A DNA stretch of 56,359 nt, from NCBI GenBank assembly GCA_964348155.1, contig CAYGBN010000004.1:4195-60553 (forward strand), written 5' to 3'. The stretch is from an uncultured Methanomassiliicoccales archaeon. GTDB taxonomy: Archaea > Thermoplasmatota > Thermoplasmata > RBG-16-68-12 > JAJISG01. Positions within the stretch are counted from its first letter, which is position 1. Each line of letters starts with the position of its first letter. The position numbers and the translations under genes were made by a program. The notes beneath the pieces are model-generated. The model was given only the letters and a program-made list of their open reading frames with translations. It made no database searches and was not told the origin of the DNA. Positions 43,904 through 54,560 of the stretch are shown piece after piece.

Positions 43904-44689
43904 ATGAACCTCATTGTGTGCGTGAAACAGGTGCCCAACCCCGAGCTCCAGTTCCGCGTTCGCGAAGACGGACGGGACGTGGTCCGGGAGGGCCTGACGT
44001 ACCAGATGAACGGGCCGGACGAGTACGCCCTAGAGGAGGCGGTCCGCATCAAGGAGGCCGCGGGCGGGACGGTCACCGCCGTGGCGGCGGGGCCGGAGCG
44101 GGTGACGGAGGTCCTCCGTCAGGCCATGGCCAAGGGGGCCGACGAGGCCGTGCGGGTCGACGTCCCCGACGGGTGGGAGTTCGACCCCTCCGTGGTGGCG
44201 AAGGTCCTGGCCCACGCCCTTCAGGGGCGGGAGTACGACCTGGTGCTCACGGGCGTTCAGTCCGAGGACTTCGCCCATGCCTCCACGGGGCCCCTCATGG
44301 CCTCCCACCTGGGGGTTCCCCACGCCTCCGTGGCGGCGAAGGTCGTCCTGGAGGACGGCAAGGTGAAGGTGCACCGAGAGCTGGAGGGCGGGATCCAGGA
44401 GGTCCTCGCCCTGCCCACGCCCGCCCTGCTGACCGTCCAGTTCGGCATCAACGAGCCCCGTTACGCCTCCGTAGCCGCCATCCTCAAGGCCACGCGGCAG
44501 CCCATCCAGGAGGTGTTCCCGGCGGACCTGGGCCTCCCTGAGGCGTCCCTGGGCGGTCGCCTCTCCGTCCGCCGGATGTACGTTCCCGAGGCGACCCACC
44601 AGGCGGAGATGATGGAGGGCGAGCCCCAGGATATGGCGAAGCAGCTGGCCGACGTGCTGAAGGGAAAGGGCTTCGGTCGGGGGGGCTAG
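43904..44689 (+). CDS. etfB: electron transfer flavoprotein beta subunit
   Basis: MNLIVCVKQVPNPE...NGPDEYALEEAVRIKE... Confidence 0.88.
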   Translation: MNLIVCVKQVPNPELQFRVREDGRDVVREGLTYQMNGPDEYALEEAVRIKEAAGGTVTAVAAGPERVTEVLRQAMAKGADEAVRVDVPDGWEFDPSVVAKVLAHALQGREYDLVLTGVQSEDFAHASTGPLMASHLGVPHASVAAKVVLEDGKVKVHRELEGGIQEVLALPTPALLTVQFGINEPRYASVAAILKATRQPIQEVFPADLGLPEASLGGRLSVRRMYVPEATHQAEMMEGEPQDMAKQLADVLKGKGFGRGG

Positions 44690-45658
44690 ATGCCCGTCCT
44701 CGTCGTCGTGGAGCACCGGAGGGGCGGGCTGGAGGAGACGAGCCTGGAACCCCTGGCGAAGGGCCGGGAGGTGGCCCGGGCGGCCAACGGGGCGCTGAAG
44801 GCCGTCGTGATGGGCGACGACGCCGGCGTGGTGAAGACCGTGGCCGCCCTCCCGGTGGACGAGGTGCTCACGGTGGCCCATGAGGCCCTCCACGCGTACA
44901 CGCCGGAGGGCTATGGGGCGGCGCTCCGCGCCCTCATCCAAGAGGAGGAGCCGATCCTGGTCATGGCGAGCCACACCGCCACGGGGTACGAGTACCTCCC
45001 CCGCACGGCCGCAGATCTCGGGAAGCCCGTGGTGACGGACGCGGTGGACGTGACCATGGAGGACGGGGCGCTCCGGGTAACCCGGATGGGCTACAACGGC
45101 AAGGTCGCCGTGGAGATGGCGGTGGAGGCACCAGACCCCTGCTTCGTCACCCTCCGTCCCGGGGCGGCCAAGGCCCCCGCGCCGGGGGCCGATGAGGCCT
45201 CCGTGCGGGAGGTGGGGGTGGACCTCTCCGACGTGGCCATCCAGCGGGAGGTCCTGGGCTACGAGAAGCCGGCGACGGAGGACATCGACATCGCGGAGGC
45301 CGATGTCATCGTGGCCGCCGGACGGGGCATCAAGGAGCAGGAGAACCTGCGCCTGGTCGAAGAGCTGGCCCAGGCCCTTGGCGGCGTGGTGGCGGGCTCC
45401 CGCCCCCTCATCGACAAGGAGTGGCTCCCCTGGAGCCGGCAGGTGGGCTCCTCCGGGAAGACGGTGCGACCGAAGCTCTACATCGCCTGCGGCATCTCGG
45501 GGGCGATGCAGCATGTCACCGGCATGAAGGGGGCCCAGACCATCGTGGCCATCAATGTTGATCCCACGGCGCCCATCTTCGGTGTGGCGCACTACGGCGT
45601 CGTGGGAGATCTCTTCAAGGTGATTCCCGTCCTCGTCAAGGAACTCAAGGGCGCCTGA
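44690..45658 (+). CDS. etfA: electron transfer flavoprotein alpha subunit
   Basis: The C-terminal FAD domain reads VVAAGRGI...[10 protein letters not shown]...[25 protein letters not shown]. It starts directly after the etfB stop. Confidence 0.88.
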   Translation: MPVLVVVEHRRGGLEETSLEPLAKGREVARAANGALKAVVMGDDAGVVKTVAALPVDEVLTVAHEALHAYTPEGYGAALRALIQEEEPILVMASHTATGYEYLPRTAADLGKPVVTDAVDVTMEDGALRVTRMGYNGKVAVEMAVEAPDPCFVTLRPGAAKAPAPGADEASVREVGVDLSDVAIQREVLGYEKPATEDIDIAEADVIVAAGRGIKEQENLRLVEELAQALGGVVAGSRPLIDKEWLPWSRQVGSSGKTVRPKLYIACGISGAMQHVTGMKGAQTIVAINVDPTAPIFGVAHYGVVGDLFKVIPVLVKELKGA

Positions 45659-45681
45659 TCGCCACGGCCGGTGCCTCGGCG

Positions 45682-45846
45682 CTACTCCCGGATGGCGGCG
45701 GAGGCCAGGACGGAGATCAGAATGCCGACGAGGCTGACAAAGAAACCGAAGGTCCCATTCTGCCCTCCGGTGATCAGGAAGGCAGCCCCGAAGACGGTCA
45801 CGGAGACGCCGGCAACGGAAAACCCAACGCCCTGGAAGGGGTTCAT
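45682..45846 (-). CDS. small hydrophobic protein (54 aa, 2 predicted TM), not in ORF track
   Basis: My translation: MNPFQGVGFSVAGVSVTVFGAAFLITGGQNGTFGFFVSLVGILISVLASAAIRE. It is more protein-like than the overlapping plus-strand ORF 45671..45874. Confidence 0.4.
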   Translation of the reverse strand: MNPFQGVGFSVAGVSVTVFGAAFLITGGQNGTFGFFVSLVGILISVLASAAIRE

Positions 45847-45904
45847 GAATCGGAAAGGGTGTCGCGGAAGGTAAGGATTTGGACGGACCTCGGACGGTGG
45901 GGCG

Positions 45905-47227
<1,323 letters not shown>

Positions 47228-47228
47228 C

Positions 47229-47589
47229 TCATAGGGGCAGGATGGCGAGGATGAGGTCCCAGATGAGGGGCCACAGCGTGAGGACGAAGGCCACGAGGGT
47301 TCCCAGGATGGCGATGCCGTAGAGGACCGCCCCCACGCCTCGATACGCGCGGGTCATGCGCCAGTCGAAGAGGACGTACTTGAGGCGATGGGCAGAGGTA
47401 GACTCGCACCAGGAAGCCACCCTCCAGCCACGCAGCCAGGGCGTCCCGCTCCAGCTTGTCCTCCTCCAGGATCCCGAGGTCCGGGCCGAAGTGGAAGAGG
47501 ACGATGTGGACGGGGAGCAGGAGCGCCACGACGAAGGCCCCCGCGCTGAAGAGGCTCCAGAAGAAGGCGGAGGGGGTGTCGGGCCTCAC
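47229..47589 (-). pseudogene. frdD: fumarate reductase membrane subunit D, reading frame interrupted by a 1-nt shift near 47385-47400
   Basis: Frame a (from GTG 47589) reads RPDTPSAFFWSLFSAGAFVVALLLPVHIVLF...LAAWLEGGFLVRVYL. Frame b continues AHRLKYVLFDWRMTRAYRGVGAVLYGIAILGTLVAF... Together they align along the whole of E. coli FrdD as I recall it. Confidence 0.6.
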
Positions 47590-47590
47590 C

Positions 47591-47986
47591 TCACAGCCCC
47601 CGCAGAAAGATGAGGTAGTAGACGGCCAGCGACGCGAGGGCCCACCCCACCAGGAGGAGGAGGAGGACCGTGAGGGGGGAGAGGGTCCGATCCCAGTAAG
47701 GGACCTGGAGCACCCGGGAGGTGAGGCGCCACCAGGTGGCGCTGTGGAGGAGGGCGAAGGCGAGGGTGACCAGGGTGAAGATGACGAAGGGCCGCGAGAC
47801 GACCAGCGCCCGCAGGGCTTCGTAGGAGGCCTCGTTCCCCAGGAACAGGAGCAGCCCGAGGAAGACCAGGATGTAGAGGAACACGAAGAGGGAGGAGATC
47901 TCCCGGAGCATGTACAGGAAGTAGCGCGGGTTGCGAAGCCACCAGAGGCGGGACGTTCGCTTCAGGTAGGTCGGGGTCCCGCCCAT
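47591..47986 (-). CDS. frdC: fumarate reductase membrane subunit C
   Basis: LWWLRNPRYFLYMLREISSLF...LLHSATWWRL resembles E. coli FrdC (WWKKLPFYRFYMLREGT...LLHTKTWFEL). Confidence 0.75.
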   Translation of the reverse strand: MGGTPTYLKRTSRLWWLRNPRYFLYMLREISSLFVFLYILVFLGLLLFLGNEASYEALRALVVSRPFVIFTLVTLAFALLHSATWWRLTSRVLQVPYWDRTLSPLTVLLLLLVGWALASLAVYYLIFLRGL

Positions 47987-47988
47987 GC

Positions 47989-48726
47989 TCACCGCCCGAT
48001 GGGAGCCAAGGCCTGGAGCAGCTGCATGGCGCCTCGCGCCTTCATCCGCTGGATGGCCAGGGCCGGCTCCACGTCCTTGGGGCACGCGACGCTGCACTCG
48101 CCCACGAACGTGCAGTCCCACACGCCCGCCTTCCCCGCGACCTCCTCGATGCGCTCCTCCGCTCCCTGGTCGCGGGAGTCCTCGTTGTACCGGTGGGCCA
48201 GGGACAGGGCGGCGGGGCCGAGGAACTCCCGGTCCAGGCCGTACACGGGGCAGGCGGAATAGCAGATCATGCAGTTGATGCACATGGCGTGCTGGAGATA
48301 GGCCTCGACCTGGTCGGGCCGCTGCCTGTACTCTCCCTCCTCCAACATCTTCTCGCTCCTCCGGAGGAGCCAGGGCTTCACCTGGGGCAGCTTTCGCATG
48401 AAGTCGTCGATGTCGACCACAAGGTCCTTGATCACGGGGAAGTGATCCAGGGGTTCCACCCGAATCACACGTCTCCGCACGTCCTTGACGAAGGTCTCGC
48501 ACGTGAGGAGGGGCTTCCCGTTCACGGTGGCCCCGCAGCTCCCGCAGATGCCCATCCGGCAGGACCAGCGGAAGGTCAGGCTCCCATCCACGGTGTTCTT
48601 GACGCGGTTCAGCACGTCCAGGACCATGTCATCCTCACGGTAGGGGGCCGTGTAGTCCTGGTAGAACGGCTTCGCCGCGCGGTCGGGGCGGTATCGCTTC
48701 ACCCGGAGGACGACGCTGTTGGGCAT
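47989..48726 (-). CDS. frdB: fumarate reductase / succinate dehydrogenase iron-sulfur subunit
   Basis: SCRMGICGSCGATVNGKPLLTC, CINCMICYSACP, CTFVGECSVACP. Confidence 0.88.
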   Translation of the reverse strand: MPNSVVLRVKRYRPDRAAKPFYQDYTAPYREDDMVLDVLNRVKNTVDGSLTFRWSCRMGICGSCGATVNGKPLLTCETFVKDVRRRVIRVEPLDHFPVIKDLVVDIDDFMRKLPQVKPWLLRRSEKMLEEGEYRQRPDQVEAYLQHAMCINCMICYSACPVYGLDREFLGPAALSLAHRYNEDSRDQGAEERIEEVAGKAGVWDCTFVGECSVACPKDVEPALAIQRMKARGAMQLLQALAPIGR

Positions 48727-48728
48727 GG

Positions 48729-50432
48729 TCAGTACACCCGCGCCTCAGGCTTCCACTTCGTGATGGTGACGGGGAGGAGGTCGAACGCGAGTCCATCCTC
48801 CGTCCGACGGACGAGGCTGTGAGCGAGGAACCTCTCGTCGTCCCGGCCCTCAAAGTCCGAGCGGTAGTGGGCGCCGCGAGACTCTTCGCGATGCAGGGCT
48901 GAGAAGGTCAGGGCCTCCGCCACGTCGAACAAGGAGTCCAGCTCCAGGACGGAGACCAGCTCCGTGTTGAACACCCGGTCCTTGTCCTCGACCTCCACCT
49001 TCTGGAAGGCCTTTCGCAGTCTTCGGATCGTCTTCAGGCCGCTCTTCAGGCTCTTCTCGTCTCGGAAAATGCCCGCGCATCCCTCCATGGTCGTCCGGAG
49101 CTCCTCTCGGAGTTCGGAGACGGTGGCCTCCCCCCGCTCGCGACCCAGGAGCCCGTCGTAGATGCGCGCCTCCTCCGCTTCCAGGACCTCCTTGGAGGGC
49201 TTGGAGGGGGGCCGTCGGGTGGCGAGGATGCCGGTGGCGGCCCCCACCCGTGCGCCGAAGACCAGACACTCCGAGAGGGAGTTGGACCCCAGCCGATTTG
49301 CGCCGTTGATGGTCACGCAGGCGCACTCGCCGGCGGCGTACAGCCCCTTCACGGGCGTCTGCCCCTGCGCGTCAACGTGGATGCCGCCCATCATGTAGTG
49401 GACGCCGGGCCGCACGGGGATGGGCTCGCGGTTGGGATCGATGCCCAGGTACGTCTCCGTCAGCTCCTGCACCATGGGCAGCCGCTCCTCCACGACATCC
49501 CGGCCCAGGTGGGTCAGGTCCAGCTGCACGTGGTCGCCTCGGGGGTCCTCAATTCCTCGCCCCTCCCGAATCTCCGTGACGATGGCCTGGGAGATGAGGT
49601 CGCGGGGCCCCAGCTCCATCTTCCCTGGGAGGTAGTCCTTGAGGAAGCGCTCCCCGTTCGCGTTGCGCAGGTATCCCCCCGCCCCCCGGGACGCCTCGGT
49701 GATGAGGATGCCCGTCCCGGGCAGGGCGGTGGGATGAAACTGGACGAATTCCATGTCCTTCAGGGGGACCCCGGCCCGGTGGGCCATGGCCATGCCATCG
49801 CCCGTGCTGATCATGCCGTTGGTCGTGAACTGGAAGACGCGGCCGGCGCCGCCCGTGCAGAGGATGAAGGCCTTGGCATGGAGGAGGGCGAGTTCCCCGC
49901 TCCGGACGTCCAGGGCCGTGGCCCCCACGACCCGTCCGTTCTCCTCCACCAGGGAGGTCACGAGCCACTCGTCCAGGCGGTGGATGTTGGGGTGCTTCAG
50001 GCTCCGCTGGAACAGAGTGTGCAGGAGGTAGAACCCCACCTTGTCGGCGGCGAAGATGGTGCGCTTGACGCTCATGCCGCCGAACCAGCGGACGGCGATG
50101 GTCCCGTCCGGCTTCCGGCTCCAGGGACATCCCCAGTGCTCGAGCTGGATGATCTCCTTGGGGCACTCCCGGACGAACTCCTCGACGACGTCCTGGTCGG
50201 CCAGGAAGTCGCTCCCCTTGATGGTGTCGTAGGCGTGGAGGTCGTAGGAGTCGTCGTCCCCGATGGCGGCCGCAAGACCCCCCTCGGCCGAGACCGTGTG
50301 GCTCCGCATGGGGTACACCTTGGAGACCAGCGCGACGTCCGGCATCTGGGATCGTTCTGCTGCGGCGATGGCGGCCCTCAACCCCGCGGCTCCGCCGCCG
50401 ATGATGACGACGTCGTGGGAGAGGGTCTCCAT
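48729..50432 (-). CDS. frdA: fumarate reductase / succinate dehydrogenase flavoprotein subunit
   Basis: [27 protein letters not shown] (FAD-linking His), HPTALPG..ITEASRGAGG. ATG at 50432; the rest of track ORF 48729..50870 is artefactual. Confidence 0.9.
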   Translation of the reverse strand: METLSHDVVIIGGGAAGLRAAIAAAERSQMPDVALVSKVYPMRSHTVSAEGGLAAAIGDDDSYDLHAYDTIKGSDFLADQDVVEEFVRECPKEIIQLEHWGCPWSRKPDGTIAVRWFGGMSVKRTIFAADKVGFYLLHTLFQRSLKHPNIHRLDEWLVTSLVEENGRVVGATALDVRSGELALLHAKAFILCTGGAGRVFQFTTNGMISTGDGMAMAHRAGVPLKDMEFVQFHPTALPGTGILITEASRGAGGYLRNANGERFLKDYLPGKMELGPRDLISQAIVTEIREGRGIEDPRGDHVQLDLTHLGRDVVEERLPMVQELTETYLGIDPNREPIPVRPGVHYMMGGIHVDAQGQTPVKGLYAAGECACVTINGANRLGSNSLSECLVFGARVGAATGILATRRPPSKPSKEVLEAEEARIYDGLLGRERGEATVSELREELRTTMEGCAGIFRDEKSLKSGLKTIRRLRKAFQKVEVEDKDRVFNTELVSVLELDSLFDVAEALTFSALHREESRGAHYRSDFEGRDDERFLAHSLVRRTEDGLAFDLLPVTITKWKPEARVY

Positions 50433-50478
50433 CCGGGAGGGTGAGAAACCCCCCCTTGATAAGGGTTTGGAGGTGCCC

Positions 50479-51168
50479 TCAGGGCTCGTACAGGCGTGCC
50501 TGGATCTCGTCTGCCCGGACCTTGGCGTACCAGGGGCAGTGGCGGGCCACGGGGCAGATGGGGCATTGCGGCCGGATCGCCTTGCACGTCTCCCGGCCGA
50601 AGCGGATGAGAGCGAGGTGGGCCTGCTGACGCTGCGCCGGGGGGACCTGCTCTTCCAGGCTTTCCCGGACGTCCTCGTAGGTCCTCCCCTCCGTGAGTTC
50701 CCACCGCGTGGCGATGCGCCAGATGTGCGTGTCCACGGGGAAGGTGGGGTGTCCCGCCACCATGTTGAGCACGACGTCGGCCGTCTTGGGCCCCACCCCG
50801 GGGAGCTCCATGAGGGCCTGCCGCGCCTGTGCGGTGGGCTGGTCGAGGATGGCGAGGAGGTCGGAGCCATCGGCGGCGGTCAGCCTTTGGGCGATGCCCT
50901 TCAGCCTTCGGGCTTTGGACCGAAACAGGCCCGCGGGACGGAGGGCCTCCTCCAAGTCCCGAAGGGGCGCCGCCACGAAGGCCTGGGGGGTGATTCCCAT
51001 CCCCTCCCGGAGTCGTGCCAGGGCCCGTCGTTCGTTGGCCACCGTGGTGTTCTGGGAGATGATCACGGCGACGAGCACCTCGAAGGGGCTCCGATCGCGC
51101 GACCAGTCCTCGACGGGATACCGCTGAAGGAGGTCCTCGAGGACCTGGGTGAAGGTCGCGCCGTCCAT
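50479..51168 (-). CDS. nth: endonuclease III (DNA glycosylase/AP lyase)
   Basis: HhH-GPD motif LPGVGPKTADVV and the Fe-S loop CKAIRPQCPICPVARHC. Confidence 0.88.
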   Translation of the reverse strand: MDGATFTQVLEDLLQRYPVEDWSRDRSPFEVLVAVIISQNTTVANERRALARLREGMGITPQAFVAAPLRDLEEALRPAGLFRSKARRLKGIAQRLTAADGSDLLAILDQPTAQARQALMELPGVGPKTADVVLNMVAGHPTFPVDTHIWRIATRWELTEGRTYEDVRESLEEQVPPAQRQQAHLALIRFGRETCKAIRPQCPICPVARHCPWYAKVRADEIQARLYEP

Positions 51169-51253
51169 GGCGTGCGGCTCCTGGGGGGATGCCTGCCCTG
51201 GAGGTAGGCGGTTCTCCCCCTTGAGGTTCCCCTCGGGTCTCCGCAACTCGGAT

Positions 51254-51628
51254 TCACGCCATGCCCAGGACGAAGGGCAGAAAGGCCCACAGGCCGTATC
51301 CCGTGAGGACGACACCGGCCGCCAGGAGGAGGGCGCTGCTGATCCGCCGCCACCGGGGGGAGGCCACGTAGTCGAAGAGCACGGCGCGCACCCCGTTCAG
51401 CCCGTGGAAGACGGCGAAGCCCAGGAGGAGGGTGTCCGTGATGCCGAAGAGCAACGCCTGGAGGCGGAGCTGCACCCCGGCCACCGTCAGGACGGATTCC
51501 GGGTCCACGTAGTGGAGCCAGATCACGTGGAAGAAGAGGAGGACCACCAGGAAGACCCCGCTGACCCGTTGCATGACCCACAGGAAGAGCCCCCATCGCT
51601 CGGGCCGCAGGACATTGGGCGTCGCCAC
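51254..51628 (-). CDS. sdhD: succinate dehydrogenase membrane anchor subunit
   Basis: Three TM helices. Conserved QRVSG...FH and FHGLNGVRAVLFDY (His heme ligands). Confidence 0.75.
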   Translation of the reverse strand: MATPNVLRPERWGLFLWVMQRVSGVFLVVLLFFHVIWLHYVDPESVLTVAGVQLRLQALLFGITDTLLLGFAVFHGLNGVRAVLFDYVASPRWRRISSALLLAAGVVLTGYGLWAFLPFVLGMA

Positions 51629-51629
51629 G

Positions 51630-52052
51630 TCAGAGACCCCCTGCCATCTCCGGGAGGATGAGGAGAAGCCCGGCTAGGGCGACCGCGCCGGCAACGGCCA
51701 TGAGGCCCCAGAAGAGGGCCTTCTGGTGCCGCAAGCCAAGGCCCAGGTCGAAGAGGACGATGCGGATGCCGTTGAGGCCGTGGACGAGCACCCCAACGAG
51801 GATGAACCAGTCGACCAGGAGGAAGGCGGGCTGCCGGAAGGTGGCCATGAGCTCCTCGAAGCTCTGTCCCTGCATGCGGGCCAGGGACATGGCCCCGATG
51901 TGGATGAAGAGGTACAGCGTGAGGAGGAGACCCGTGACCCGGTGGAGGACGTAGGCCAGGGTCCCGGCCTCCCGCAGGGAGGCCCTGGCCGTGAGTCGGA
52001 CGTAGCCGCCGAGGCCCCCCGGGGGGCGTTTCCATGCCTTGTCGGATGCCAT
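51630..52052 (-). CDS. sdhC: succinate dehydrogenase cytochrome b subunit
   Basis: HRVTGLLLTLYLFIH and VHGLNGIRIVLFD. Three TM helices. Confidence 0.75.
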   Translation of the reverse strand: MASDKAWKRPPGGLGGYVRLTARASLREAGTLAYVLHRVTGLLLTLYLFIHIGAMSLARMQGQSFEELMATFRQPAFLLVDWFILVGVLVHGLNGIRIVLFDLGLGLRHQKALFWGLMAVAGAVALAGLLLILPEMAGGL

Positions 52053-52053
52053 G

Positions 52054-53772
52054 TCAATACGTCCTCTCTTCCGGGGGATGCCGGGTGATGATGACGTCCT
52101 TGTAGGCGAGCTGGACCCTGTCCCGCTCTCTCCAAGCCAGGGTGTGTTTGAGCCAGTGCTCGTCGTCCCGCTTGGGGAAGTCCGTGCGGAAGTGGCCCCC
52201 GCGGCTCTCCGTCCGGGCCAGGGCCCCTGCGATGATGATCTCCGAGAAGTCCAGCAGGTGGCGCGTCTCCATGGCGCTCACGAGCTCCGTGTTGAAGATG
52301 AGACTCCGATCCTGCAGGCCGATCTCGCTCACCCGCTCTCGCAGGCTCCGCAGGACCTCCGTGGCCCTCGTCAACCCCTCCTCCTCCCGAAAGACGCCGC
52401 AGAGCGTCGTCATCGTCTCCTGGAGCTCCGCCCGGAGGTGGGGCGCCCGTTCGTTGCCCGTGGCGGTGCGCAGGTCGTGGACCTCCTCAGCCGCCAGCTC
52501 CAGCACGTCCTCCGGGAAGGGGACGCGCGACGCCTCGGCCACGATCTCGGCGGCTCGCAGACCGGCGCGCCGGCCGAAGGTGGCGGCCTCCAGCAGGGAG
52601 TTGGTGCCCAGCCGGTTCGCGCCGTGCACGGAGACGCAGGCGCACTCGCCGGCGGCGAAGAGGCCTGGGAGGGGGGTCCGGTCGGGACCCAGGACGACCT
52701 GGCCATGGACGTCCGTCGGGATCCCGCCCATGGAGTAGTGGGCCGTGGGCTGGATGGGGATGGGCTCCACCACCGGGTCCACGCCCACGAAGCTGAGGGA
52801 CAGATCGCGGATCTGCGGCAGCCGTTCGAGAATGTGCTCCTCCCCGAAGTGCCGGATGTCCAGGTGCACGTACCCCTTGCCCTCCACGCCCCTCCCCTCG
52901 TCGATCTCCCTCTGGATGGCCCGCGAGACGAGGTCCCGGGGGGCCAGCTCCATCTTCTCCGGGGCGTACCTCTCCATGAACCGCTCCCCCTGGCCGTTCA
53001 GGAGGTACCCTCCCTCGCCCCGCGCCCCCTCCGTCACCAGGATGCCCTGTTGGTAGAAGCCCGTGGGGTGGAACTGGACGAACTCCATGTCCTGGACCTG
53101 AAGGCCCGCGTCGAGGACCAGGCTGAGTCCGTCTCCCGTGTTGGCGTGGGCATTGGACGTGATCTTAAAGGCCCGGCCGTACCCCCCCGTGGCCAGGATG
53201 ACCGCCTTGGCGTGGAAGGCCTCGACCTCCCCGGTGGCAATGTTCATGGCCACAACGCCCGCGCACGCCCCGTCGGCCATGGCCAGGCGGAGGGCGTACC
53301 ACTCGTCATAGAAGGTCACGCCCGCGGTGAGGCTCTGCTCGTAGACCGTGTGGAGGACGGTGTGGCCGGTCCAGTCGGCGGCGTAGCAGGCGCGGGGACG
53401 GGAGTGGCCCCCGAAGGGCCGTTGGGCGATCTTTCCATCCTCGGTCCGGCTGAACATGACCCCCTTGTGCTCCAGGTCGTAGATGTTGTCCGGGGCCTCC
53501 CGCACCATGATCTCCGCGGCATCCTGATCGCAGAGATAGTCGCTCCCCTTCACCGTGTCGAAGAGGTGGACCTCCCAGGAGTCCTCGCTGGCGTTTCCCA
53601 GACTGGCGGCGATGCCTCCCTGGGCGGCCCCCGTGTGGGATCGGAGGGGGTGCAGTTTGGAGACGACGGCGGTGTCGGCCCGCGTCCCCGCCTCGATGGC
53701 GGCTCGGAGGCCCGCCAACCCCCCGCCAATGATCACGACGTCGTGGACCTGCACGCTACCCCCCTCCTCCAC
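52054..53772 (-). CDS. sdhA: succinate dehydrogenase flavoprotein subunit
   Basis: [42 protein letters not shown]. The start may be GTG 53754, which would remove the overlap with sdhB. Confidence 0.9.
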   Translation of the reverse strand: MEEGGSVQVHDVVIIGGGLAGLRAAIEAGTRADTAVVSKLHPLRSHTGAAQGGIAASLGNASEDSWEVHLFDTVKGSDYLCDQDAAEIMVREAPDNIYDLEHKGVMFSRTEDGKIAQRPFGGHSRPRACYAADWTGHTVLHTVYEQSLTAGVTFYDEWYALRLAMADGACAGVVAMNIATGEVEAFHAKAVILATGGYGRAFKITSNAHANTGDGLSLVLDAGLQVQDMEFVQFHPTGFYQQGILVTEGARGEGGYLLNGQGERFMERYAPEKMELAPRDLVSRAIQREIDEGRGVEGKGYVHLDIRHFGEEHILERLPQIRDLSLSFVGVDPVVEPIPIQPTAHYSMGGIPTDVHGQVVLGPDRTPLPGLFAAGECACVSVHGANRLGTNSLLEAATFGRRAGLRAAEIVAEASRVPFPEDVLELAAEEVHDLRTATGNERAPHLRAELQETMTTLCGVFREEEGLTRATEVLRSLRERVSEIGLQDRSLIFNTELVSAMETRHLLDFSEIIIAGALARTESRGGHFRTDFPKRDDEHWLKHTLAWRERDRVQLAYKDVIITRHPPEERTY

Positions 53773-54466
53773 GGCCCAGGGCGGACCGAATCACCTCTCG
53801 GCGAAGGTTTTCGATGGCCTCCGTCGGGTGGATGTGCTTGGGGCACGCGTCCACGCAGCGGAAGATCGTATGGCACCGCCACAGCCCCCCCTCGTTGTTG
53901 ACGGCGGCCAGCCGCGCCTTTCGGGCGCCATCCCGGGAGTCGGCCACAAACCTCCAGACCTTCACCAGGGCCGCCGGCCCCAGGTAGCGGGGGTCCGTCC
54001 AAGAGACGGGACAGGAAGAGGTGCAGGCGGCACACATGATGCACTGGGCGGGGAGGTCCAAGAGGCGCCGCGTCTCCTGGGATTGGCGCCACTCGGTCGA
54101 CGGGGCCGATGGCTTCGGTTGGAGGTAGGGCTGCACGGCGCGGTACTGCTGCCAGAAGGGTTCCAGATCGACGACCAGATCTCGGATGACGGCGTACGCC
54201 GGGAGCGGCTCCACCCGCACGACCGACCCCAGGTCCGCCACCTGGGTGAGGCACGCCAGGCGGTTGACTCGATCGATGGTCATGGCACAGGACCCGCAAA
54301 TGGCGCTCCGACAGGACGCTCGAAAGGTCAGGCTCCCGTCCAGCTCGTGCTTGATGTGGAACAGGCCGTCCAGGACGGTGGTCCCCGGGGGGGTCTCCAC
54401 CTCATAGTCCACAAACCCGGGCGGTGCCTCGCCTGGCGTGTGCCGAAACACCTTGAACACGGTCAC
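53756..54466 (-). CDS. sdhB: succinate dehydrogenase iron-sulfur subunit
   Basis: [46 protein letters not shown]. Confidence 0.88.
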   Translation of the reverse strand: MTVFKVFRHTPGEAPPGFVDYEVETPPGTTVLDGLFHIKHELDGSLTFRASCRSAICGSCAMTIDRVNRLACLTQVADLGSVVRVEPLPAYAVIRDLVVDLEPFWQQYRAVQPYLQPKPSAPSTEWRQSQETRRLLDLPAQCIMCAACTSSCPVSWTDPRYLGPAALVKVWRFVADSRDGARKARLAAVNNEGGLWRCHTIFRCVDACPKHIHPTEAIENLRREVIRSALGRGGGG

Positions 54467-54560
54467 GGAGCGGCTCCTCTCGTGGGAGGGATGGGCGAGG
54501 TACAGGCGTGCCCATATTAGACGGCTTCACTTTGAGTGTATATACTTGCTGAGGACGGAC

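Noticed and set aside
40363-44076. A 1237-aa minus-strand ORF, and similar giants in the track (101..1639+, 1122..2702-, 2696..4033-, 6537..8225-, 19347..22040-, 21937..23790-, 36977..39112-, 54561..56063 N-terminal part).
   Set aside because: They run antisense to, or out of frame with, genes that have unambiguous family motifs. Their translations are dominated by P/G/R/H/L/A with no recognisable domains. They are the expected stop-codon-poor alternative frames of a GC-rich genome.
45671-45874. Plus-strand 67-aa ORF from the track.
   Set aside because: It is basic, Pro/Thr/Lys/Arg-rich and low-complexity. The opposite strand encodes a much more protein-like two-TM peptide.
50433-50870. N-terminal extensions suggested by the track for frdA (to 50870), orc1/cdc6 (to 6787), glgA (to 12516), pyrE, carS and PRODH.
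   Set aside because: The extensions are R/P/G-rich, overlap neighbouring real genes, and precede start codons that give canonical N-termini with a TATA element at the right distance.
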